Notes under the pieces: generated by a model
Database searches by the model: none
Seen by the model: the letters and a program-made list of their open reading frames with translations, nothing else
What the model was told of the DNA's origin: nothing
Made by a program: the position numbers and the translations under genes
In this document: piece by piece, positions 1-11,800 of the stretch
How the letters are laid out: every line of letters starts with the position of its first letter
How positions within the stretch are numbered: the first letter of the stretch is position 1
Assembly: GCA_964016885.1 (NCBI GenBank)
Contig: OZ024741.1
Coordinates: 153,264,001-153,328,000, forward strand
Source of the DNA: Eledone cirrhosa
Lineage: Eukaryota
Direction: 5' to 3'
Length of the DNA stretch: 64,000 bases

Positions 1-57
1 TATGTAACTTTTCATAGCAAATGAACAAACCCGAGCAACGCCGGGCTAAACTGCTAG
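1..57 (+). mobile_element. Helitron 3' terminus (rest lies upstream of window)
   Basis: CCCGAGCAACGCCGGG hairpin followed by CTAG|T. Near-identical terminus at 63418-63446. Confidence 0.65.
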
Positions 58-269
58 TATATAAAGTCCTGTGCAGAAGAAAAGGCGGGAAGATCACGGA
101 TACAGCACTTTTGGTCTTAGAGCTTGACGAAGGCTGTTAGTAACAAGACGACCACACCCAACACAGATCAAACAAAACACTACCATATATATGCAGGTCG
201 AAAGATTAAACCATGCATTATTAAATAACGAGTGAAATTGAAATTTAAAAGGATGAGCATATCATCAAG

Positions 270-366
270 CACCTCCGACGGGACTCGAACCCGCAATCAC
301 CGGCTTACTACCACTACTGTGAGGACTCATAGGAGGCCGGTGCCTTATCCATTAGGCCACGGAGGC
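270..366 (-). tRNA. tRNA-Arg(CCT) with 24-nt intron (306-329)
   Basis: Minus strand folds as a cloverleaf: acceptor GCCTCCG/CGGAGGT, D arm GCCT/AGGC, anticodon stem CCGGC/GCCGG with CCT at 333-331, T loop TTCGAGT. Intron at canonical 37/38. TTTT terminator at 250-247 and a TATA-like element about 25-35 nt upstream. Confidence 0.9.
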
Positions 367-683
367 AACGACTTCGAAATGCGAGTTCTTTATATTTATA
401 AAGCTACCGATATTATATGCAGTTGTGGTTTGATTTATGAGTGTGTAAATAATATATATACGTATATAATATACATACATACGTAATATATATATGTGTG
501 TGTGCACGAACACGCATGTATATGTACACACCGTATAGACAAACGACGAACAGATATTGATACAGATAACGAATATTATATCGAGCTAATCAAACGACTA
601 CATAGACATTTCTTTGTTGCTGTGTGTATCATCTTTGTTATGTATGTCCATAATATCTGTCTGACCTATTTGATATGTGTGTG

Positions 684-718
<35 letters not shown>

Positions 719-1024
719 GCACGCACACACACACATACATATATATATGTGCGCGTGCGTGAAACCTGACTGTCAATAAAAATGGCGGGGCTTCTGTTAT
801 CGATGGCAGGTGTCTGTATATGATTGTCTACGTGTATGTTGTGGTGTATATGTATGACAGTCTGTGCATGTGTATTTATAGCAGCAACACTGATAATCCA
901 GTTGATAGGGTGGTGAAGGCCTTCTGTTATCGATGTGTGCGTTTGTGGATGTCTGTTTGTCTGCTGACTGACTGACATCCACACGTACATCTTTTCCTCT
1001 TCTTCACCCACTTATTCCTGAAAG

Positions 1025-2120
1025 TGGTGGGGGCATACACCTCAAGCACTCCTTCCAACAGGTCCTGTCAGAAGCAACTGTCTGCAACGGATCTGGCTGG
1101 ATCCCCAAGCGAGACCAACCAAGTTCATGGATGTTATTCAACCATCTTGCTCAGGGTTTATCCCTGGGTCTCCTGCCAGTTGATTTTGCCCATAAAATCT
1201 GTTCAGCGATTCTTCCCCGAGACATTCTAACCACATGCCCATAGTATCAGAGTTTCGATCTCTCAATTTGGAGAAGTAGTGGCTCTACCTGGAGATACTC
1301 TCTGATCTTCTAGCTATGCACTCAATCAAGTAACATTATTGCAAAGACCCTTCAGAGAAACCCTATTTCAGCCGCTTGTATTCGAGATCGTATTCTTTCG
1401 GTCATTACTCAAGATTCATGACCATAGGTAAGGGTTGGCACGAATACTGAATTAAAGATAGCGAGTTTGGCTTTTACACCTACCACCCTTCTGGTTACTG
1501 AATGCTGAAGCATTACTGCACCAGCTCCTGCAATTCTTGCACTTAATTCAGCCTCTTACCTTCCATCACTCATGAACAAGCCCCGAGAAACTTGAACTTC
1601 TCCACCTGCTTCAGTGGAACTCCATTCACATGTAGAGTGCACTGCGCAAGCTTCCTTGAGAGGATGAATGTTCGCAACACTGATTTTCATAGCAGCAATG
1701 CAGCACTCAGCATCAAACCTATCAAGTCAGAGATCACCTTCTGTCGAGTTAAGTAACATCATGTCATCTGCAAATTCCAGCCAACTGATTTTACACCTAC
1801 CAGACATGATACCACTTTGGCTGCGCATGGCAATCCTGTTTTGAAAATAATGAACAGGGGAGGTGACAGTACACACCCTTGGTGAGTCCAACACCTACAT
1901 TGAATGGTTTTGATTTACCACCATTTATCTGAACAAAATACTTAGACATTCGTATAGAGACATCAAGGCAACAAGAAGCTGACCATCGATCCTATACTCC
2001 TGCAGAACCTTCTACAGCAGGTCCTGAGGAACACAGTCATATGCCTTTTTGAAGTCTATAAAACAAGAATATACCTCTTAGCAATACTCACATCATTTCT
2101 CAAAGACCTGCCACAGTTCA
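1025..2120 (-). mobile_element. Degraded RTE-clade (Expander/Rex3-like) LINE RT fragment
   Basis: Minus-strand remnants of RT motifs (DFKKAYD; QGCVLSP-LF), broken by stops and frameshifts. Related pieces at 17570-17810, 18095-18330. Confidence 0.6.
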
Positions 2121-4641
2121 ACAATTTATATATAACCCTCCCTAACCCTGTCCAGCCCGTAGTAACTATCTTTGCCCTCACCATACACTCAATCTCACTT
2201 TAAGTGAGAAGCAGGCTGATTATTTAGTGATTTGGTATGGGACAACCTGTCCAACCCTTGCTAGTAGGGAAAATGGATGTTAAATTATAATGAAGGTTAT
2301 ATCATACACATACAAAATAGCTTAAAGCAATTTTCCCTCTGCTTCTGAAATGTTTGAAATATTTCTAAGGAGTATTTTTATTTTGAATAATACATGGAAC
2401 CCACAGGGTCCATTGGTAATTTGATAAACTTGCTAGCAAGGTAAATATATAGGTTACTTTATGAACTTTTTACAGCCTCAGCAGTTGGTTGCTTAACTGG
2501 CAAGGTATACAGCAGGAAACATAGATTATAGAGTACCAGAAACTTGATTGCACTGTATGGTTGGACTGGGGGAAAAGGCTACTTAATGAGCCTTCTGTAG
2601 GATCAGTTGTGGACATAAGTTATTTAATTAACACTATACGATCATGCAGAGGGACACAGGTCATTTAATGAACCCTGTATGGACACATCAGCTGACCTAA
2701 GTTATTTAATTATGTTGGTCACTTAATGAATCCACTACGACTACACAGGGGAATTTGAGAGCTTTAGATTGGCAGCATTGTTAGAGCATCAGATGCCATG
2801 CTTGGAGGTATCTGGTTCTATGTATTCAAATCCCACATCATATGCAAACATAGAAAGTAATGGTAACCTACTAGGCTTACTCTATCATGGGTCTCAAACT
2901 CAAGAACTCAAAACAGCCATTACGTCCTATGGAGAGGCACAGCAGGCCAAAAGTGAGATGAGGTGGGGACATGATTTCCACCAGTTTTAATGCTAATCTG
3001 TAATGCTGCTGATAGGGTGCTATATATATATATATGTGTGTGTGTCTGATGGTAGCTAAGATGCTTCCATAGGCGGTATGCCGGTTGAGCACTCTATGCT
3101 CTTACAGAGCAGAGTATGTTAGAATAGAAAACGAAAAATCAGTGATGCATCTGAACTCAATATATTGTGTTACAATTGTTTCACCGGCGGACAGCTCGAG
3201 ACGCAATCGTTGTGTGGATCTGTCTGATTCTGGACCCGCAGGTACGACAGACACGTCTAATGATTTCAGAGCATATTCTCTGAGATAAATTGAAAGAATA
3301 TGGAAGGAGTGAGGGACAAATGACGAAGTTTTAGAAAAATATTAGTCATGAAAATTGTTCTGCCATAGACAAAATAAAAGTAGTTGATAGGCCACATGTT
3401 TGAGACTCCTGCTCTATCACCTCCACACTCAAATGACTGGATAAAAATGGTATTATGCTAATGTGAGAGAAACTATGCTCTAAAGCGAGATGCTGTGAAT
3501 AAGTAAAATAGTTCAATGCAGATAATACAACTAATAAAATTATTGCAGCTACTACAAAAATAAAGATAAAAAGTTTAGGAAACTAATGATTTAAACAAGT
3601 GTATCCAGGTTTTTATAAGTACACTGTATCCAAGTGTCATGAATGGTGACTTGTAGGCTTGGTGTCATGAAGGGTATCCAGCTGTAAAACAGTGTCACAA
3701 ACCATCCTGTCCAACCCATACCAACATGGAAAAGAGGACGTAAAAATGATAACGATGATGATGATGATGATGATCCCCTGAATTTTTAGACCATCAAACC
3801 CTTTGTGGAATCTTTGACCCCTCATCAACCTCAGACATGTACAAAAATAAACATGTAAATAAATAAACAGAATATAAGATAAAGAAGACAATACACATTA
3901 AATAAATCAGAAACATGTATAAGCAAGCTGTATTTTATTGTATTTTATGTATTTTCATTTTTTATACAAATGCCAGGTTTTGGTCCAAAAGTTCAATCAG
4001 CACCCGAGGTAGTCCCATCAACTCCTTCAGACCATGTTAAGGACCCCCTGATTTAAACAGATATGAATCTTTTTAGATGTATAGATGAAAATTCACTTGC
4101 CAAAAGATGTATAGCTTATATCACAGCAGTATTATTAATGTATAGTGTTTCGTGACAAAAATATTTAATTTTCACCTAACTAGAAATTGGTACGACAAGG
4201 AGATATTGGATAAAAGAACTTAACAAATAAAGAGTAGAGAAATCTCTATAGTCCTGTCAAAGCATGACAATCTCTCTAAAGATGGTGCCCCGATAAAATA
4301 CATGGTTTACACTGTAGTGTGGGAGAGTATGTGAGATGAGGTCCCTGGCCCATCTGAGAGATCAGTGGCTCTGATTAAGTATCTGTGATAACTCGTCTAA
4401 TCCTTGCTAACTGGGAAAATAGATGTTAAATGATGATGAAGATGGTGGTGATGATGATGATGGTGGTGATAAGACATTATAGAATTAGAAAAATGTGAAC
4501 ATTTTCTTTTCAACATTATTTGAAACACTGTTTAGAATATTAAGCAAAAATTGAGCTCTACATATGATCACTTTTCTGTACTCTCATTCTCCTTGTATTG
4601 TAATAGGTTCACAGGTTTTTCTCTGTATGATAGCTGGAGGA

Positions 4642-4692
4642 CTAGCCACTTTGTAGATCTTCCCAAAGGTCATAAGGGTTTTCTTTGTCCCA
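4642..4692 (-). CDS. TMEM232: Putative TMEM232 terminal coding exon ([16 protein letters not shown])
   Basis: Strong T-rich acceptor TTTTTATTATTTAG; starts phase 0 with the expected Trp; TAG at 4644-4642. Homology beyond the Trp is weak. Confidence 0.5.
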   Translation of the reverse strand, partial: WDKENPYDLWEDLQSG

Positions 4693-5763
4693 CTAAATAA
4701 TAAAAATAAAAATTACATTTTAAAAAGTAATTACTATATGTATGCTGTGTGGTTAAGGAGTTTATTTTGCATTTATGTGGTCCTGGTTTCAGTCCTGCTG
4801 TGCAACAACGTGGTCAAGTGTCATTTATAGCCTCAGGCTGACCAATGCCTTGTGAGTGGAATTTGCTAGATAGAAACTGCAGAAGCCCGTCATACACACA
4901 CACACACTGTCTTATTTATATACGATTTGTTATTGATGCTGTGAAAACTAAACCCCCACGATTCAAACTAACAATCCCTACCTTTAGTATAGGCCACTTA
5001 AATAACGAATCTACAACTCTATTTAACACCACATAAAAACTATCATCATCACTAAATTAATCAAACAAAAATGTTTATCTGTCAAATAAAAAGTAAATCT
5101 CCAGTTTATTGCTAGAATACCTACAGCACAGTGGATACCTCATAAATTCTGTCTCCAAGTATATCTTAGTGGTTACTGTTATCTAGTCACTACCCTATCA
5201 CTATATCTAATGTACCCTATAGCAGTTTTCACATGTCAATTCCATACATCTGTATCATATCAGTCTGTTTAACATGCTAGATTCTTCATTATACTCTATC
5301 TCTTACTTATATTGATGTTATTATTTTAACTATCTGCTATCTAGTTATTTTATTTTATCATTGATATTATTGTTCTGGTTTAATACCACACCTATATAAA
5401 AACCATGCCTTATGTATTTTCTTCATTTCACCTGCTCCGATGAAAAAGACTGGTATGACAAGGTGTTGGAGATCGATTGGCGCATAATCAGGCGACTAGC
5501 GAACTCTAGACCTACTAGATCAAAGAAACAATTGTCAGCAATGTGAATAAAGCCCTTATTGTATAGTGAACCATGTCACTCTTCTTTCTTGAATTATTAT
5601 TACTCCAAGTATAAACTACATAGAAATCACCGCGAACTCGCAGCATCACTATGGAAACGTCTTGTTGAGTCAAACTAAGCCACATGTTAATACTATCCAC
5701 TACAAGAACTACTCCAACTGGACTACATCTAAGTGGACTGCCATAACGATAACCTGTTATCCC

Positions 5764-5798
<35 letters not shown>

Positions 5799-5827
5799 AC
5801 CCATGTGCAACCATGCAGCACTCCATT

Positions 5828-5888
<61 letters not shown>

Positions 5889-8800
5889 TATATATATAGT
5901 AATAATAATAATAAATGTGAAGACTAAAATCCGAAGAGGGCTCAATAGGGATAATATATATATAAAACTATATAAAAACCGTAGAGCAAGTATTTATTAA
6001 AATAACAGATTAAAGTTTAACCAAAGAATCACTGCTTTCACCCTTAACGGGATCTTCTGAAACTAAAAAAAAATTAATCTGTGGACGCAGAAGTAATTAT
6101 TTCGAAAAACGTAGCAATCGAAAGGAAACAGGAAGACGATACTTTGGTTCGTGAAGACATTCCCTGGCAATGAATGGAAAGAAAAAGCAAGGATAATTAT
6201 GTCGTCATGTGAAGCAATGAGAACAAATTCACGCAAAGACAAAAAAACAAAACTACATTTATGGTATAAATGGAGACGTAAGACTAATATTCTATTTAGG
6301 AAACCGAATGATACTCAGCTCCGGAGTTTAAGAATTATGTAAATATATTAGTTGAACAAAAATGACAGGTTATTAAAATCATAAAGTAAGTAATAATAGT
6401 TAAGATATAGGTCAGTACATATACACATATATATATATATGTATATACTGGTGGTTTTTCCCTGTTTTATTGATAGTGCACTGTATCTCTCTCTAGTGTG
6501 TTACCTTTTCAACATATTGTATTTTAAAGAGCTCAGGATTTCCTCTCCTTTGAGCACATTATTTACAGGGAATGACGAGAGTCTATGGCTCCGTTAATGT
6601 ATCATGATATTTCACTCCTTATAACAGTCTTTCCTCTCTCTCTGTTTGGTGGAGCACACTTCTCTGAGTGGTTTTGGGCTGCCCTTTCTAGCAGCTCGTC
6701 CCTCAGAGGCCACTGGTTCACTGCCCTTAAACACGCTGTCACTTCTCTCTCCCACGTGTAGCTGGATAGTCACTTTTAAAATTCTCTTAGTGTTGTCTGA
6801 AATGTATAAGCCTTACACACGCTGAAGAACCGGGGTTATTTCATTTCTGTCAACAACTTACTGGCGAAACAAATCTCTTTGGATTTGTACGTGTGTTATA
6901 TAGTTATAGAGGTATTTATTTACGCTTTAATTTATATTTTTAATTATCGTGTCTATAGTCTGCCTTTCATAGGTTATAGATCCCATACACTGGTGGTTTT
7001 TCCCTGTTTTATTGATAGCGCACTGTATCTCTCTCTAGTGTGTTATCTTTTCAACATATTGTATTTTAAAGAGCTCAGGATTTCCTCTCCTTTGAGCACA
7101 TTATTTACAGGGAATGGCGAGAGTCTATGGCTCCGTTAATTTATCGTGATATATATATGTATCATTATCATCATCATCATCATCGTTTAACGTCCATCTT
7201 CCATGCTAGCATGGGTTTGGACGGGAATTTTCCCACTTGAGGCAAGATTGGTTGTCTTGCTCGTATAGGATTGTCTGGCGGGTTTTCTACGGCTGAATGC
7301 CCTTCCTAACACCAACCACGTTTACAGTGTAGACTGGGAGGTTTTTACCGTGTTACCTACACGGCCACATTACAGCGTGGACTGTGTGTTTTTTTTGTCG
7401 TGACACCTACACGACCTCATTTGTTTCGGACTGGATGTTGTGGTACCAACATAACTTTACATTGAAAGGGGTGGTGTGGATGGGGTGGGGGTAATGGGAC
7501 GGGGGTGTATTTTTGTTAGAGGTGCCTACTGACTGTAGGTTTCGCTTTGCACTTAGGCAAGGTGGGTATTCTGTATTACTGCGTAGCGCCAAAGATCTTG
7601 GTCCAGTGACATTGTCTTGGAGAGGTGTAAGTGTGTGAGGTTGGAATTTATCAAGTCATCCCAGGTTTTTCTGGGTCTGCCTACTCCATGGCTACCGTCT
7701 ATTTTTATCGCCCTGCACTTTTTTATACAGCTGTCGTCTTTCATGCGCATCACGTGACCGTACCAACGTAGTCTTCTCTCGAGTAAACAACATCTGATCC
7801 CTCTTATTCCTAATTTCTCCCTTAGTTCATTTATGCTTTGTTTATGCTTTATATATATATATATATATACGTACATACACGTGCATACGCGAATATGCAT
7901 GCCATACATACATATACATGCACATACTCATAAACATACATACACGTATGTATACCAGGCAAAAATATACAAATATACCCACACACATACGATCGTATAT
8001 GCCTAAATACACATACAAATATGTGTGTATACATATAATTACATATATATATATATATGGGATAACAAGTTATCGTTTTAGGTAATCCAGTTAGAAGTTG
8101 TGAGTACTCTGTACTTTGGATAGTTTTAACGTACAGCGTTGTTTGACTCAACAAGAGGTTTCCTTAGTTAGGTAGCAAGTTTGCGAGAATTCCCATGTAG
8201 GTTATTCTTGGAGTAATAATAGTAAAAGATTGACGAATAACATGGTTGGCTGTACAAAAAGGGTTTTATTTACAGTATTAACAATTGTTAATACTGTAAA
8301 TAAAACCCTTTTTGTACAGCCAACCATGTTATTCTTCACTCTTTCACTATATATATATATGCATATATACACACACACGCATACTTACACATAAATACAC
8401 AAATGTTCAAATATATGTACAATTACATACATACATACATATACGTATACACGTACATACATACGTGCATACACACATGCATACACATATATACAAATAT
8501 ACACATACGTACATAAATGTATATCATCATCATCATCATCATCAACGTTTAACGTCCGTGTTCCACGCTTGCATGGGTTTGGACGGGGGTAGTCCCACTT
8601 GAGGCAAGAGTGATTGTCTTGCTCGCATAGGACTGTCTGGCAGGTTTTCTACAGTTGGATGCCCTTCCTAACACCAACCACATTTACAGTGTGGGTCTGG
8701 GAGGTTTTTACCGTGTTGCCTACACGGCCACATTACAGCGTGGACTGTGTGTTTTTTTGTCGTGACACCTACACGATCTCATTTGTTTCGGCCTCGATGG

Positions 8801-11800
8801 CGCGGCACCAACATAACTTTACATAGAACGGGGTGGTGTGGATCGGGTGGGGGTGGGGGTGGTGGGACGGGGTGTATTTTGTTAGAGATGCCTACTGGCT
8901 GGAGTAGGTTTTACTATATATTTAGGTAAGGCGGGTCTTCTCTGTTACTGAGTACCGCCAAAGGTCTCGGTCCAGTGACATTGTCTTGGAGAGGTGTAAG
9001 TGTGTGATGTCGGAGTTTATCAGCTCGTCCCAGGTTTTTCTAGGTCTGCCTATTCCGTGACTACCGTCTATCTTTATTGCCCTGCACTTTGTTATACAGC
9101 TATCGACTTTCATGCGCATCACGTGTCCATACCAACGTAGCCTTCTCTCGAGTAAACAACATCTGATCCCTCTTATCTCTAATTTATTCCTTAGTTCGTT
9201 TATGCTTTGCCGTTCACGTATATTACTGTTACACATCCAGCGGAGCATGCAAGCTTCGTTCCTCTCTAGTCTGCGTATATCCTCTGCACACAATGCCCAG
9301 GTCTCACTGCCATGCAGCATTGCTGTTCGTATGCAGGCATCGTACAACCTGCCTTTCATTTTTAGTGAGAACCCTTTAGCAGCTAATAGTGGTATAAGCT
9401 CTCTGAACTTTTTCCAACCAGTTCTGACTCTAGCTACAGTACTTTCAGAGCACCCTCCCCCACTGCTGATTTTATCGCCCAGGTAACGGAAGCTGTCCAC
9501 TATTTCTATAGAACCCTCTGCGCAATTGAAAGAGCTAGTAGTTTGTGGGCACTTGCTGCTACTTATTGCACCAGAGCACCGGCCACATGTAAAATCTATG
9601 TTCTTAGTTAGCTTACCTGTGATCCCACTACATCTTTTATGCACCCATACTTTGCATTTAGGACATAAAATGGAGTTTCTACCTACGCCTTTCCTACACA
9701 CCGAGCACGACCATTTCCCCGAAGGGACCGCCGCCTTGTTTTCTTTCCTACAAACTAGTACTTTGGTCTTAGCCAGGTTAATTTTAAGTCCTTTTGACTC
9801 TAGGCCGTGCTTCCATGTTTGGAATTTCTTCTCTAGCTCGGCCATTGATTCCGCTATGAGTGTCAGGTCGTCTGCGTATAGGAGTTCCCATGGGCAGCCT
9901 GTCTTGAACTCCTCTGTTATAGCCTGAAGGGCAATAATAAATAGTAGTGGACTGAGAACAGAGCCCTGATGGACGCCGACTTTTACGCTAAACTCTTCAC
10001 TATATTCGTTGTTAATTCTAACCTTGCTGACTGTTTCTTTATACATGGCTTGTATAGCCCTCACAAGCCATTCGTCAACGCCTAGTTTTCTAAGAGCCCA
10101 CCAGATAATGGAGCGGGGGACTCTGTCGAAGGCTTTCTCCAAGTCGACAAAAGCTAAGTAGAGGGGTTTACCTTTAGCTAGGTACTTCTCCTGTAGTTGT
10201 CGTACTATGAAAAGAGCGTCTGTGGTACTTTTGCCTGACACAAACCCGAACTGCATTTCATCTAGGTCAATTCTCTCTCTGATTAGTTGCGCTATTACTC
10301 TTTCCGTGACCTTCATGACCTGGTCGATTAATTTAATGCCTCTATAGTTACTCCTATCTAGGGCGTCTCCTTTACCCTTATAACAGTTAACGATGATGCT
10401 GCTATGCCAGTCCTTCGGAACAACCCCGTTCTGTACGACTTGGTTAACTATGCGGGTGACCATGGTGTGTCCCACCGTGCCAGATGCCTTCAGCATCTCA
10501 GCAACTATTTCCGAAGGCCCAGCCGCCTTACCAGTCTTCATATCCTTGATTGCCTTACTTATTATACTCCCCTCGACTAACACTGCTGGTCCCTCTATTG
10601 GGTCGATATGGGGGAGACTGCCTTTCTCCCAATTATTCTCCTCATTTAGAAGCCTTTCATAGTGACACTTCCAAGCTACCTTCTTATCAGCGTCGGTGAT
10701 GGCAAGTGTGCCATCGTCGTTTAGTACACACTTCTCCCCGACAATATCACGGTTTTCCTTGACGCATTGCCTAGCAATCCTGAACACCTCACGTTTTTGG
10801 TCATCGCGTTGTAGAACATGCTTGAACTTTCTTTCCTCAGCTTCCCTTCTTGCTAAGTACACTTGTCTCCTAGCTTCCCTCCTGGCCACTTGATAGTCCT
10901 CTCTACTTCCCCCATCCCGCCATACTTTCCAAGCCTGCTTTTTGGCCTTAATTGACCCCTCCACCTTACTGTTCCACCACCATGTTACTCTCCTCCTGCC
11001 TACAGGCCTGCTCCAGCCACAGACCTCGTCTGTCGCCAACAGCAGGTTTGCTTTCAGAAATTCCCACTCTCCCTCTATATTGTCCGACTCTAAATGTTCT
11101 TCCTTACTGTCGAAAGCATCAAGTAATATGCTTTGAAATTTATTCCTGGCTGTGGGGTCCTTTAGCTTCCATATTTTCCTCCTGAGGATAGTCCTCTTCT
11201 GTTGTCGAGTACGTCTCGTCCTGACTATGAGGTCGCTAATTATCAGTCTATGTTGGGAGGTGCATTCTTCATGGGGGAGGGATTTAGTGTTAACAACAGA
11301 CACTCTGTCACGTCTTCTGGTAAGGATATAATCTACCTGGCTTGTGTGTTCCCCGGATTTATAGGTGATCAGGTGATTGTCACGTTTTTTGAAGTTAGTG
11401 TTACAGATAGTTAGGTTATTTGCATCACAGAATTCCAGGATTCTGGAGCCTTCCTCATTTCTAGTACCAAACCCATAGCCTCCATGGATTTCGTCGTAGC
11501 CGTCACAATGTTGTCCAACGTGACCATTTAGGTCGCCTGCGATAATTATATAGTCACTGTCGGATATTTGGGAGGTAGTTAGCATCAGTGTCTCATAGAA
11601 TCTGTCTTTTATAGTGCCGGGCAGTCCGGATTGGGGTGCGTACGCAGATATTACTGTCACCGTAGTTCTATTGAGGACAAGTCGTATTTTAATTATTCTG
11701 TCGTTCACTCTATTTACGTCTATTATCTTATCTGCCCACTTTTCTGCTACCATGATTCCTACTCCACCCAGCCCATCGTCGTTTCCCACCCAGAAAAGCT

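Noticed and set aside
496-1011. ORFs rich in YI/HT/CV repeats (also 5733-6000, 12262-12727, 19010-19273, 50050-50404)
   Set aside because: Translations of (TA)n/(CA)n microsatellites
3085-3290. CpG-rich patch with a 67-aa ORF
   Set aside because: No recognisable protein or RNA motif and no convincing splice context
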